Below, piece by piece: positions 50,375 through 63,310 of a stretch of 64,000 nucleotides of DNA. The notes under the pieces are model-generated. The model saw only the letters and a list, made by a program, of their open reading frames with translations, searched no databases and was not told the DNA's origin. The DNA lies in NCBI RefSeq assembly GCF_030028105.1, contig NC_092377.1, forward strand, positions 3,849,079-3,913,078, written 5' to 3'. The stretch comes from Mobula birostris. Its lineage: Eukaryota. The number at the start of each line of letters is the position of its first letter. Positions within the stretch are counted from its first letter, which is position 1. The position numbers and the translations under genes were made by a program.

Positions 50375-52188
50375 TCAAATTCCCGTAAGACCAGGCTCCA
50401 ACTCTAGCAACCTTTTATTTTTATCCTTCATAGTGGCCAAAAACACTAATGGGTTGTGATCTGTGTAAATTATCAGTGGTTTCCGTGCCGGACAAGTATA
50501 AACCTCAAAATGTTGTAATGCTAGTATGATGGCCAGTAATTCCTTCTCCACAGTGGAATAATTTCTCTGATGGATATTAAATTTCTCACAAAAATAAGCC
50601 ACTGGGTGGTCAACCTCCTCTTTGTCTGTTTGTAACAGCACTGCCCCGGCTGCTTCATTGCTAGCATCTGTTGCTAGGGAGAAGGATTTTGAAAAGTCAG
50701 GCGCGTTCAGCTCAGGATGGTGACAGAGAATTGCCTTCAGACTCTCGAAGGCCTGTTGGCAAAGGTTGTCCCACACAAACTTCGCATTCTTTGGCAAGAG
50801 CTTAGTAAGAGGGAGGGTAATATCTGCAAAGTTTTTGCAAAACTTCATTGGTACCCCACCATCCCCAAGAACCCTCTCAGGGCTCTCTTGTCTGTCGGGA
50901 TGGGGACTTCAGAGATAGCCTGCATCGGTACCAGCTGCCCCTGTCCTACCACAAATACTAAATAAGTGACCTTCGCGTGGCCAAATTCACTTTTTGCGAG
51001 GTTCACTGTCAGGTTGGCTTCCAACAGCCGTTTAAACAATTCCTCTACTGCCATGATGTGCTCCTCCCACGTGTCACTCCAGACCACTACATCGTCAATA
51101 TACACTTCTGCGTTCTTTAGCCCTTTTATCACTGAATTAATCATCCTATAGGGGTGTTGCTTACTAGGCTGATCTGATGTGACAACAACATCATGTACCG
51201 TCCCCTTGCATCGCCTCGGGACATCCGGACACACATCTGCGTGCCGGTTAATTAGCTTTATCAGCGGCTCGCTCTGTTCAGGGGTTAAGTGAGAGACCTT
51301 ATCGGCAAAGTTGGCCAAAACAATAGAGTTCTCCAATCTGGTCGGCACCATATTTATGTTTTCAAGATGGGTTTTCCCCTTATCAGGTGGCACCCCAGCC
51401 TCATTAATTTTTTTGATAACACTGACTCGGTCTGCTTTCTTATCGTGGCAAGCTGTTAACATATTAATAGGCTCTAACTGTGTCGACTCAGATCTACAAT
51501 ACTCAATAATATCCTCCCTCATGCTCAGCCAGTAAAACTCTTTCATAATTCTATTGACCGTCTTCCTCACCCCAAAATGTCCACCGAGGGGTATCTTGTG
51601 GGCCAGGTTAAAAATCTCGTCCCCATAAATTTTCGGCACTACCACCTGGTGCACCATCCCCCATTCCTCATCTGCGGGCACGGAACTTGGTCTCCATTTC
51701 CTCATTAGTACACCCTCCTTCACATAATAGCCCACTGGCTCCCTTTTTAATTCTGCTTCGGAGAGAGCTGTCTCCGTCAAAACCATCAGCTCCTCGTCTT
51801 GCTCCTGTGCCTGTATAAATTCCTTCCTTGCTAATGATAAGTCTACCTCAACTCCCTCACTTCCTTCCGCTCTACTATGCTCCTTCTTCTCACTTTCTAA
51901 CCCCTCCTGGTACAAGGCTGGTAAAAACGTCTCAGCTAAATCTACATTCACCTCGGCAGCCTTTCTGGACATGCGCCGAGTCACTGCGCAAACGGGATAA
52001 ACCTGTGAGTCCATGGGCGGGGTCTCAATCCTGGCAGGCTGGCTTGTCAATCTTACTGCTGGGTACACCTCTCTGCCGGTGAGGCCATTACCGAGTAAGA
52101 CCTCCACATCTTCCATCGGTAGTTCAGGCCTCACCCCTATCGTGACCGGTCCGGAGACCAAGTCGCTTTTTAGGTGTATCTGGTGCAA
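50375..52188 (-). pseudogene. Deleted Gmr1-type pol (PR end, IN N-terminus, partial RT, RNase H)
   Basis: AHKIPLGGHFG..EYCRS (integrase zinc-binding region; core missing), KQHPYR/MINS fusion, VYIDDVVV, LATDAS. Confidence 0.85.
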
Positions 52189-52588
52189 AGGTACTGACCT
52201 CCCCAGTCTCGGTCTCTGAACTAAAGTCTAAAACACTCCTTAAGATCAATGACTGACAAGCCCCAGTGTCTCTCCAGATCTGTACTGGAACTGGGTTTGA
52301 CCCCTCCTTCACCGACACCAATGGAGCCGAAATAAACTTCTCACGCCCTTCCTGAACTCTAACAGACCTCTTCTCCACTGGCGGTTTGTTTGCCAGCTCA
52401 ATACAGCCAGTTGGAGTCATCGTTCTCCCTTTCCCTGTCTCCTTCTTTGGGGCAAAGTGACTGGCTTTCCCACAATTATAGCATACGACCCCAGGAGACT
52501 TCCTACCAAACTGCTCCCAGTCTTCCTTACCCTTCTCACTAGTCCCCGGCTTACTTCCTGGCTTTTCCAGCGGACTCTCTCCGCCCTC

Positions 52589-53548
52589 TCAACTACCCTT
52601 CTGGTAGCTTTTACTCGGGGTAAACTTTGCTTTGTGTGTTACCGCGTACTCATCCGCTAACTTAGCAGTTGTGGCTAAGGTTTCTTCCTCTTTCTCATCT
52701 AGATAGGGCCTCATACCTTCAGGGACACAACCTTTAAATTGCTCAATCAGTATTAGCTGTAGCGGTCTGTCATAATCCCCATTGACCCCTTTCGAAGTGC
52801 ACCAATGCTCACAATACATCTGCATCTCACGGGCAAACTCTAAATACGTGCAGCCCCACTGCTTCCTCACATTCCGGAAACTCTGCCGGTATGCCTCCGG
52901 GACCGACTCATAAATCCTGAGTATGGCCTCTTTCACCACATCATACCTCTGGGCATCTTCTGCGGACAATGCCGAGTAAGCTTGCTGAGCTTTTCCTTTA
53001 AGTATGCTGTAAAGCAAAACAGCCCACTTATCCCTCGGCCAGTCCTGACTTGCAGCGACTTTTTCAAAATGTAGGAAGCACTGATCAACATCGGCCTCAT
53101 CAAATGGGGGAACCAGCCTAACCTCCTGGGTCACCCTGAACCCTCCACTTTGGTTCAGCATGGGCCCCTGCGCTAGCGTCATCCTTAACTTCTCCAGCTC
53201 AAATTCCCTGTCCTTCTGCTTCTCTCTCTCTTCTCGTTCTAACTGCCTGTCTCTCTCTTCTTGTTCCAGCTGCTTTACCCAGAACTCGTGCTCAAGTCTC
53301 AATTTTTCCATCTGCAGCTGCACCGCCTCTCCACCAGGTTTGCCCATAGATACCACCTCCAGCTCCCCGTGGGGAAACACACCTTTAGATACATAATGCT
53401 CAATGATAGATCCATGCATCTCCGCTCTCCTCATTGTCGACTTCCCCTTAAAAAGATTCAACCGTTTTGCAACAGTAGCCAATTCTGATTTCCTGGCATC
53501 CTCTAATGCCTCCAAGGTTGGCGCCTTTAGAAATTCCTCAATCTCCAT
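52589..53548 (-). CDS. Retrotransposon Gag with SCAN-like capsid region
   Basis: 319-aa ORF: FLHFEKVAASQDWPRDKWAVLL...YDVVKEAIL...PEAYRQSF...LIEQF. Confidence 0.8.
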   Translation of the reverse strand: MEIEEFLKAPTLEALEDARKSELATVAKRLNLFKGKSTMRRAEMHGSIIEHYVSKGVFPHGELEVVSMGKPGGEAVQLQMEKLRLEHEFWVKQLEQEERDRQLEREEREKQKDREFELEKLRMTLAQGPMLNQSGGFRVTQEVRLVPPFDEADVDQCFLHFEKVAASQDWPRDKWAVLLYSILKGKAQQAYSALSAEDAQRYDVVKEAILRIYESVPEAYRQSFRNVRKQWGCTYLEFAREMQMYCEHWCTSKGVNGDYDRPLQLILIEQFKGCVPEGMRPYLDEKEEETLATTAKLADEYAVTHKAKFTPSKSYQKGS

Positions 53549-54737
53549 TTCTGCTGTTTGCCCTTTTTTTCTTTCGGGAATTTTAACCCAATCAATCTAC
53601 TCAGTCCCAAATTTGGCGTTCAAAATCCCGGATGAGATCCCCACTTATGTTACGTACCCCGTAACTGGGTTGCCAAACCAGCAGAAATGGACCACTCGCT
53701 GGAGTCTGGATTACTAGGAACTAATAAAGTTTTATTAAAGAAATAAGTAACACAGTATGCTAATCATAAGGATATAAATGCAGCAGGTTAGCAATGATAA
53801 TACACACATGTACACAAAACGAGGGTAATAGGGATCAACCAAGCTCTATCGCAGTCTAGGGGTAAAATGATCAGTCTCAAGTGACGCAGAGTTCAGAGAG
53901 GATGCTGGGATTGAACTCTGAACTCCGACGTCACGAGCTGAAATAGCATTGCGCTGACCGCTACCCAACCGTGGTGTCCAAATATATTAATGTATATAAT
54001 ATTATGTGGGGCACAGATAGATACCAGTGTCTTTTCCCCACCGGTGAAATGTCTCGTCCCAGAGGACAGGCATTGAAAGTGAGAGAGGGTAATTTCAAAG
54101 GAGATACGAGGGGCAAGTTTCTGAAACAGAGAGGGGGAGAGTCTGGACTTCACTGCCGGGGTGGTTGTGGAGACAAATATGACAGAGACGTTCAAGATGT
54201 CCTTGGGTAGAGACATGAATTGGCAGGAAGTGGAGGGATATGGACATTGTGTGGGCAGAAATGATTAGTTTCACTGAACATTTGATTGTGAATTTTAATT
54301 ATTTCGACACATGAAGTCCAAAGGGTCTGTTCCAGTGCAATATTGTTCTGTGTCCGATGTTTGAAATGACATTGAAGGGAATGGAGGGATATGGATGATA
54401 CACAGGAAGAGGACATTTAGTACAAATTGTCACCAATGTCAGCACAGCATTATGGGCCAAATGGCCAATTCAGTGTTGTACTGTTCTATGTTGTAACAAC
54501 TGGATTTTGATCATATTCACCCCCTCGATCTCAACCTCCCACCCGGCTCCGTTTCCCCTGATAGAAACATCCCCAATGTTGTCTCTGGTAAAATTCTTAT
54601 CCCACATGTCAAGTATGTCAAATGAGTAAAATGTCTGGGCCTTAAACTTTTCCATGTCTGATGAATGTGTCTGCGCAGAAATCCATCCGGGGTTCCTCCC
54701 CCCAGCCGAGGTCACACAGACCGATTCCCGCTGTGGT

Positions 54738-54766
54738 TCAGCTGCGAGACGGTGGTTTATTGTCGG
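54738..54766 (-). CDS. Probable terminal exon of an inverted paralogous receptor gene (rest of gene beyond 64000)
   Basis: Reverse complement tgtttgtgtttcAG-ccgacaataaaccaccgtctcgcagcTGA is identical to 27564-27606. Confidence 0.45.
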
Positions 54767-55019
54767 CTGAAACACAAACAATGAGTTGTGTGAGGTGAGC
54801 CGGCGAAGAATGGGAGAGTTAAACTATGTGGCAGACACTGTCTGAGTGGTTTTCCCGGGTCTCTGACCAATGGGATCACAGATCCCAGGGTTAAGTGACC
54901 TCCGCTGGCCTGAGTCGTTTCCCAAGTCTCTGGCCAATAGGAGCTTGAGTCTTCGGGCTGACTGATCTCTGCTGGCCCGAATGGTTTCAGAGTTCCTGAC
55001 CCATTCTCGATACTGTCAA

Positions 55020-55860
55020 AGGGGATGACCGTAAGACAAAGGAGCAGAATTAGGCCATTCAGTCCAGCGTGCATTCCACCATTTCATTATGGCTGATCTG
55101 GGATCCCACTCAACCCCATACACCTGCCCTCTCACCATATCCCTTGATGGCCTGACCAATCACAAAACTATCAACTTCCGCTTTAAATTTTCCCATGGGC
55201 TCGGCCTCCACTGCTGTCTGTGGCAGAGCATTTCACACATTCCCTACTCTCTGGCTAAAAAAACCCTCCTGTTCTTAAAAAGGTCAACCCTCAATTTTGA
55301 GGCTGCACCCTGTAGTCTTGGATACCCCTATCATCGGAAATATCCTCTCCACATCCACCCCATCTCGTCCTTTTAACATTCAGTAGGTTTCAATGAGATC
55401 CCCAAGCATTCTTCTGCATTCCAGTGAGTACGGCCCAAAGCTTCCAGACACTCCTCATATGTGAACCCCTTCATTCCCAGAATCATCCTTATGAGCCTCC
55501 TCTGGACTCGCTCCAATGACAATACATTCTTTCTTAGATAAGGGGCCTAGAACTGTTGATAACAGTCCAATTGCGGCTTGACTAGTGTCTTATAAAGCTT
55601 CAGCATTATCTCCTTGTTTTTATATTCTATTCCCCTTGAAATAAATACCAACATTGCATTTGCCTTCTTTACCATAGACTCAACCTGTGAATTAACCTTC
55701 TGGGAGTCTTGCATGAGGACTCTAAGTCCCTTTGCCACTCTGCTGTTAAAACATTCTCCCCATTTAGATAATAGTTCGCACTATTTTTCCTTTTACCAAA
55801 ATGCATTATCATACATTTCTCAACACTGTATTCCATCTGCCACTTTTTTGCTCACCACTA
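55020..55860 (-). mobile_element. CR1 3' fragment
   Basis: ORF 55547-55738 VESMVKKANAML...KLYKTLVKPQL. Confidence 0.8.
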
Positions 55861-56278
55861 TCCTCAAAATGGATACCAGTATTTTAAAATCAATTCCATG
55901 AGTAATACTCTGTAGCTCGTTGTCTTGACAAAATGAGTGAAGACATTGAGTATCAACTGTGCACAGAGCTACAGAAAAACAGAATTTGGGATACAACTGG
56001 ATGAGTCAACTGTGCAAGCAATGAGGCAGTGGTAATGGCATATTTATGGTTTATCAAAAATGGAAAAGTTTATGAAGAAATTCTCTCTTGTAAAAGGAGA
56101 AAAACAAATATTAACAGAGAACAATCTATGATGAGCTCAAAATGTATATTGAAGATCAAAGTATTCTGATTAGGAACATGATATCTTGTGCAGCATATAC
56201 GACAGGTTGCCATGCTGGTTTATTGGCACTTATGAAAGAAGAAACTCGAAGTTTGTTGTTTGCAATCGATTGTGTAAT

Positions 56279-57158
56279 TGTTACATGCTCAAGGAGATCT
56301 TTTTTTTGTGAGAATGATGTAATGGTCTTTTGGAGGTCACCTGATGTGATTTTCCCGCCGATGTGAGGTCACGTGATGACATGTGCCCCCCTGGTGACTA
56401 TATAAGGGTCAACTCAGGTGACACAGTAGGTTTTTTGAGTTTGTAGATTTCCAGGTAGAATGTGTTGTGCCTCCGTTTCTGTTGCGTGTTTGTTTTTGTG
56501 ACGCAGTTTCAATTTTAAAAACGGAAGGTGCGTTCTCTTACAAGATATTGCATTATTGGACTGGAAATTTGTGGCTGGAAGTGCCAATTTACTCAATTCC
56601 GACATTTGAAGGGAGAGTGAAGAACTTATCGAAGTGAAGGATCGAGAGAAGTCGGCATTGTTTGGCAGTTTAATAAAGAATCGACCTTATTGAGTCTTCG
56701 TTGGAGCAGTACCTGCATCGAGATAACTCTTGCAAAAGGGCAGTGAATTTATGCAAAAAAGTGCTCTCTCTCTCTAAAGGAATTTAAGGTCAGTTGATTT
56801 AAAGTGTTTGTTTTCAGCATCGTGAATCCTGTGGACAGAACCAGCAGTAAAGTTGCGTCTGTGAAGAAATCCTTCTCCAGAGAAGTCTCTCCCAATTGAA
56901 CGTGCAAATCTGTTGGACTTTCAAAGTTATTGCTTTAAGAACTATATCTGACTGTATCGCTTTAAGAACTATTTTCGCATTTAACGCTTTAAGAACCAGA
57001 GCCAAGTGGAGTTGGTGAACGGCTGCATACCTGTTAGCTTCCGGTTAAAGTTTTCCTTTGTTGTTTTTCCCTTATCATTTATATGTGTTTAATAAATGTT
57101 TGGTTGGTTTTGATATAACCTGTCTCGATTAATATTCATTGCTGCCAGTTACGTAACA
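56279..57158 (+). mobile_element. Solo LTR (880 bp)
   Basis: TGTTAC...GTAACA ends, 4-bp TSD TAAT, TATA-like TATAAG near 56400, AATAAA near 57091. Confidence 0.88.
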
Positions 57159-57235
57159 TAATTCATCGTCAACATCTCACAGCCAAAAATCTCAGACAGT
57201 CAATTTTTTTCAAGTATAACTTTTACAATACCAGT

Positions 57236-60200
57236 GACATAGATAGGACAAAGGAGGAGGTCCTGAAGAGAGATTTCCAGGAGTTAGGAAGGAAGCTGAG
57301 AAGCAGGACCTCCAGGGTAGTAATCTCGGGATTGCTACCTGTGCCACGTGCTAGCGAGGGCAAGAGTCGTCGGATCAGGCAGATGAATGCGTGGCTGAGA
57401 GACTGGTGCAGGGGGCAGGGCTTCAGATTCTTGAATCATTGTGATCTCTTCTGGGGAAAGTGTGACCTGTTCAAAAAGGACAGGTTACACCTGAACCCGA
57501 AGGGGACCAATATCCTGGCGGGTAAGTTTAATAGAGCTGTTAGGGAGGGTTTAAACTAATTTGGCAGAGGGATGGGAACCGGAATGATAGAGCAGAGGAA
57601 GGGGATAACAGAAATAAATCTAAGATAGTGAGCAGTAAAGATGTCAGGAAAGACAGGCAGGTGATGGGGCAAATGTGTAGCCATTGGGATGAGTTGAAGT
57701 GCAATAAAGTTGCAGTGAAATCAAAGCGAAAAGTATCAAATACTGGTCTTAAGGTGTTGTACTTAAATGCACGCAGCATAAGGAATAAGGTGGATGATCT
57801 TGTTGTACAGCTACAGATTGGCAGGTATGATATTGTGGCCATCACTGAGACATGGCTAAAGGATGCATGTCTCTGGGAGCTGAACGTCCAAGGATACACG
57901 GTGTATCGGAAAGATAGGAAGGTAGGCAGAGGGGGAGGCATGGATTTATTGGTAAGAAATGATATTAAATCGTTAGAAAGAGGTGATATAGGATCGGAAG
58001 GTGCAGAATCTTTATGGGTTGAGCTAAGGAATAGCGGGGGTAAAAAGACCCTGATGGCAGTTACTTATAGGCCTCCAAACAGCTGCAGGGATGTGGACTA
58101 CAAATTACAACTGGAAATAGAAAAGGCTTGTCAGAAGGGCAGTGTTATGATAATTGTGGGGGATTTAAACATGCGAGTAGATTGGAAAAATCAGGTCGGC
58201 ACTGGATCTCAAGAGAGAGAATTTGTAGAATGTCTGTGAGATGGCTTTTTAGAACAGCTTGTTGTTGAGCCCACTAGGGGATCGGCTGTACTGGATTGGG
58301 TATTGTGTAATGAACCGGCGGTGATTGGAGAGATTGAGGTGAAGGAACCCTTAGGAGACAGTGATCATAACATGATTGAGTTCACTGTGAAATTAGAAAA
58401 AGAGAAGCCGAAATCTGATGTGTCGGTGTTTCAGTGGAGTAAAGGAAATTACAGTGGCATGAGAGAGGAACTGGCCAAAGTTGACTGGAAAGAGACACTG
58501 GCGGGAAAGACGGCAGAGCAGCAGTGGCTGGAGTTTATGCGAAAAATGAGGAATGTGCAAGACAGGTATATTCCAAAAAAGAAGAAATTTTCGAGTGGAA
58601 AGAGGATGCAACCATGGTTGACAAGAGAAGTAAAAGCCAAAGTTAAAGCAAAGGAGAGGGCATACAAGGAAGCAAAAATTAGTGGGAAGACAGAGGATTG
58701 GGAAGTTTTTAAAACTTTACAAAAGGAAACCAAGAAGGTCATTAAGAGAGAAAAGATTAACTATGAAAGGAAACTAGCAAATAATATCAAAGAGGATACT
58801 AAAAGCTTTTTCAAGTATATAAAGAGTGAAAGACAGGTGAGAGTAGATATAGGACCGATAGAAAATGATACTGGAGAAATTGTGATGGGAGATGAGGAGA
58901 TGGCAGAGGAACTGAACAAGTATTTTGCATCAGTCTTCACTGAGGAAGACAGCAGGATACCAGACACTCAAGGGTGGCAGGGAAGAGAAGTGTGTGCAGT
59001 CACAATTACGACACAGAAAGTATTCAGGAAGCTGAATAGTCTAAAGGTAGATAAATCTCCTGGACCAGATGGAATGCACCCTCGTGTTCTGAAGGAAGTA
59101 GCTGTGGAGATTGCGGAGGCATTAGTGATGATCTTTCAAAAGTCGATAGATTCTGGCATGGTTCCGGAAGACTGGAAGATTGCAAATGTCACTCCGCTAT
59201 TTAAGAAGGGGGCAAGGAAGCAAAAAGGAAATTATAGACCTGTTAGCTTGACATCGGTGGTTGGGAAGTTGTTGGAGTCGATTGTCAAGGATGAGGTTAC
59301 AGAGTACCTGGAGGCATATGACAAGATAGGCAGAACTCAGCATGGATTTCTTAAAGGAAAATCCTGCCTGACAAATCTATTACAATTTTTTGAGGAAATT
59401 ACCAGTAGGCTAGACAAGGGAGATGCAGTGGATGTTGTATATTTGGATTTTCAGAAGGTGTTTGACAAGGTGCCACACATGAGGCTACTTAACAAGATAA
59501 GAGCCCATGGAATTATGGGAAAGTTACATACGTGGATAGAGCGTTGGCTGATTGGCAGGAAACAGAGAGTGGGAATAAAGGGATCCTATTCTGGTTGGCT
59601 GCCGGTTACCAGTGGTGTTCCACAGGGATCAATGTTGGGGCCGCTTCTTTTTACATTGTACATCAACGATCTGGATTATGGAATAGATGGCTTTGTGGCT
59701 AAGTTTGCTGACGATACGAAGATAGGTGGAGGGGACAGTAGTGCTGAGGAAACGGAGAGTCTGCAGAGAGACTTGGATAGATTGGAAGAATGGGCAGAGA
59801 AGTGGCAAGTGAAGTACAATGTTGGAAAGTGTATGGTTATGCACTTTGGCAGGAAAAATAAACGGGCAGACTATTATTTAGATGGGGAAAGAATTCAAAG
59901 TTCTGAGATGCAACGGGACTTGGGAGTCCTCGTACAGGATTCCCTTAAAGTTAACCTCCAGGTTGAGTCAGTAGTGAAGAAGGCGAATGCAATGTTGGCA
60001 TTCATTTCTAGAGGAATAGAGTATAGGAGCAGGGGTGTGATGTTGAGGCTCTATAAGGCGCTGGTGAGACCTCACTTGGAGTACTGTGGGCAGTTTTGGT
60101 CTCCTTATTTAAGAAAGGATGTGCTGACGTTGGAGAGGGTACAGAGAAGATTCACGAGAATGATTCCGGGAATGAGAGGGTTAACATATGAGGAACGTTT

Positions 60201-60640
60201 GTCCGCTCTTGGATTGTATTCCTTGGAGTTTAGAAGAATGAGGGGAGACCTCATAGAAACATTTTGAATGTTAAAAGGCATGGGCAGAGTGGATGTGGCA
60301 AAGTTGTTTCCCATGATGGGGGAGTCTAGTACGAGAGGGCATGACTTAAGGATTGAAGGGCGCCCTTTCAGAACAGAAATGCGAAGAAATTTTTTTTAGT
60401 CAGAGGGTGGTGAATCTATGGAATTTGTTGCCACGGGCAGCAGTGGAGGCCAAGTCATTGGGCGTATTTAAGGCAGAGATTGATAGGTATCTGAGTAGCC
60501 AGGGCATGAAAGGTTATGGTGAGAAGGCGGGCAGTGGGACTAAATAGGATAAAATGAATCAACTCATGATAAAATGGTGGAGCAGACTCGATGGGCCGAA
60601 TGGCCCACTTCTGCTCCTTTGTCTTATGGTCTTATGGTCT
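57236..60640 (+). mobile_element. Young 5'-truncated CR1 (ORF1 C-terminus, APE-RT ORF2, tail)
   Basis: ORF1 end 57332-57559. ORF2 57628-58239 and 58240-60267 are in one frame, broken only by TGA stops and a late poly-T slip. (TCTTATGG)n tail at about 60620-60640. Confidence 0.95.
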
Positions 60641-60914
60641 AATATGTGCTATCAACAAAATTAAAGCCCATCCATTAACTAGCAGATTATTTCACCAATG
60701 ATACCAAGATAACGATGGGGAGTTTGAACATATGCTTCTTCACACTGAAGTGCGTTGGCTGCCAAAAGGCTGCTGATTAAAACATGTCATTGATCTTTTT
60801 GGCACTGTGGTTGAATTTTTGCTCAAAGTTGATAAGAGCTTGGGAAGCAAGATTGAACTTTTACATGGATGTGTGACATACCTTGCTGATCTGTATGAAA
60901 AATGAACATTTTAA

Positions 60915-61773
60915 TGTTACGTAACCGGCAACAATGAATATTAATCGAGACTGGTTATATAAAAACAACCAAACATTTAATAAACACGTATAAACGATAA
61001 GGAAAAAAACAAAAGGTAAACTTTAACCGGAGGTTAAACAGGTACGCAACCGTTCACCAGCTCCACTCGGCTCTGGTTGTTAAAGCGTTAAATGCGAAAA
61101 CAGTTCTTAAAGCGATACAGTCAGATATAGTTCTTAAAGTGATAACTTCGAACGTCCAACAGTTTTACACATTCAATTGGGAGAGACTTCTCTGGAGAAG
61201 GACTTCTTCACAGACGCACGTTTACTGCAGGATCCCCGATGCCGAAAATGAACAGTTTAAATCGAATGACCTTAAATTCCTTTTAGAGAGAGAGAGCCTT
61301 TGTGCATGAACTCATTGCCCTTTTGCAAGAGTTATCTCAATGCAGGTTCTCTCCAACGAAGACTCAATAAGGTCGATTCTTTATTAAACTGCCAAACGAT
61401 GCCGACTTCTCTCGATCCTTCACTTCAATGAATTCTTCATTCTCCCTTCAAAACTGTCGGAATTGAGTAAATTGGTACTTCCAGCCACAAGTTTCCAGTT
61501 CAATAATACAAATCTTGTAAGAGAACGCACCTTCCATTTTAAAAATGAAACTGCGTCACAAAAACAAACACGCAACAGAAACGGAGGCACAACACGTTCT
61601 TCCTGGAAATCTACAAACTCAATAACCCTACTGCGTCACCTGAGTCGACCCTTATATAGTCACGGGGCACATGTCATCATGTGACCTCGCATGGACGGGA
61701 AAATCACATCAGGTGACCTCCAAAAGACTATTACATCATTCTCACAAAAAAAAGTCTCCTTGAGCATGTAACA
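60915..61773 (-). mobile_element. Solo LTR, same family as 56279-57158, opposite orientation
   Basis: Reverse complement aligns to 56279-57158; flanks TTAA/CTAA (4-bp TSD with one mismatch). Confidence 0.88.
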
Positions 61774-62479
61774 CTAAATATGAAGCTGCAGGGTGAGTAT
61801 GTCAATTTAATCCAGGCAAAAAGTGCACTGTCCATTTTTATTGGAAAATGGGAAATATATAAGCAAAACATTGGGAGAAGAATGTTCTCACAGTTTCCCA
61901 GCATGGGAAGTTTGGCACTCTCTTTCACAGATGGTGATTTTCAAGAGTACTACTTATACCTGCAGACACTGAAGAAGGATTTTCAGAATCGATTCAAGAA
62001 TCTGAACAATCTGGAAATCTGGACTGGGTAAGTAACCCATTTCTTTGCAAAGTGAAAGAACAGGAGGAGAGCTTTCAAGAAGAAATGATCAAAATCCATA
62101 ATGATGAAGAAGCAAATATGCTTTTCAAAAATGTCAGCTTTTGTGGTATGTGTCATCACTGCCACAAGAAATTTCTTGGTCTTTGGCAAGCAGCTCTTCA
62201 TTGTATTTCCATCCTCCTACCTTGTTGAAAGAGGTTTCTGTACAGTGAACCACATACTTACATAAAAACAGTTGGACTTAGTTTCGTGAGGGGACTTAAG
62301 ATTTTTGCTGCCACATCATGAGCCAGATATTTTAACTCTTGCTAAAAACCACCAAGCTCAAGGATCCCGTTGATATCGAAGCTGCTGTACAGCACACAGT
62401 TACTGTGTAAGCTAGGCTCCAAGACAAATAAAAATGTAAACCAGAATCATTTTCCTCATGTTAGCATATGGTAGATAAG

Positions 62480-63310
62480 TTTTGGCGGTGTTGCGAAACA
62501 CTGAGGTGGATGAATTTGTAGCAGAGTTACAGATTGGCACGTGATGGGCATCACTGAATTGTGGATGGGAACTTAACATCCAAGGATAAACATTGTATCA
62601 AGAAGACAGGCAGGTAGGCAGAGAGAGTAGCTTTGATAATTTAAAAATTAAATCAAATCATTAGAAACTGAAAGGTCTAAAGGTAGATAAATCAACTGGA
62701 CCGGATGGTCTGCATCCAAGAATTCAGAAAGAGATGGTTGAACAGACTGTGGAGCCATCAGTGATGTTGTATAAAGAATCAATTGATTATGGCATGGTTA
62801 TGGAGGGCTGATAAATGAGAATTGTCACTCCATTCTTCAACAAAGGAAAGGGGTAGAAGAAAGGAAATGATAGGAAAACAAGTCTGACCTTAGTAGTTGC
62901 AAACAAATTGGATGTGTCTTTGGGTATTTGGAGGCATGTGATAAATAAGGCAGTAGTCAGCATGGTTTCCTAAAGGGAAAATCTAGCCTGACAAATCTGT
63001 CTGAATTATTTGAAGAAAGGACAAGCAGGATAGACAAAGGAGAATTGGATATTGTGTACTGTGATTTTCAGAAGGCCTTTGACAAGATGCCACACATGAG
63101 GCTGCTTAACAAGTTAAGAGCTGTGGAGGCCAAATTGCTGGTTATTCTTAAGGTAGAAGTCAATAGATTCTAGATTAATCGAGGCATGAAGGGACACAGG
63201 AAGAAGGGAGGAGTCTGGAGTTGAGAGGGAATTGGATCAGCCATGATGAACTGGCAGAGCAGACTCGATGGGCCAAATGGTCTCATTCTGCTCCTATATC
63301 GTATGGTTTC
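62480..63310 (+). mobile_element. Degenerate CR1 fragments (paralogous to CR1 pieces in arm A)
   Basis: CR1 motifs; shares the tcaactggacc variant with the copy near 24915. Confidence 0.65.

Larger units (their letters stand above)
49355..53895 (-). mobile_element. Gmr1-type Ty3/Gypsy LTR retrotransposon, internally deleted
   Basis: 3' LTR 49355-50189 (TG..CA) with PPT at 50190-50200. Truncated 5' LTR 53648-53895. tRNA-Pro-like PBS at 53625-43. Gag/SCAN-like ORF 52589-53548; protease DTG in 52124-52420; pol order integrase zinc-binding region, then RT (YIDD), then RNase H (TDAS). Confidence 0.92.
55862..62373 (+). pseudogene. hAT (Charlie/Buster-like) transposase relic split into four collinear pieces
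   Basis: Pieces 55862-56278 (QLDEST..CVI), 57159-57235 (HRQHL.AKNL), 60641-60914 (LHTEVRWL) and 61774-62373 (LNMKLQG..FPSSYLVERGF..HQAQGSR*). Confidence 0.85.

Noticed and set aside
58393-60314. Minus-strand ORFs over the CR1 (and similar antisense ORFs elsewhere)
   Set aside because: Shadow frames of retrotransposon coding sequence.
56279-61773. Composite transposon or inversion bounded by inverted LTRs
   Set aside because: The host hAT fragments inside and outside are collinear on the + strand, and each LTR has its own TSD.
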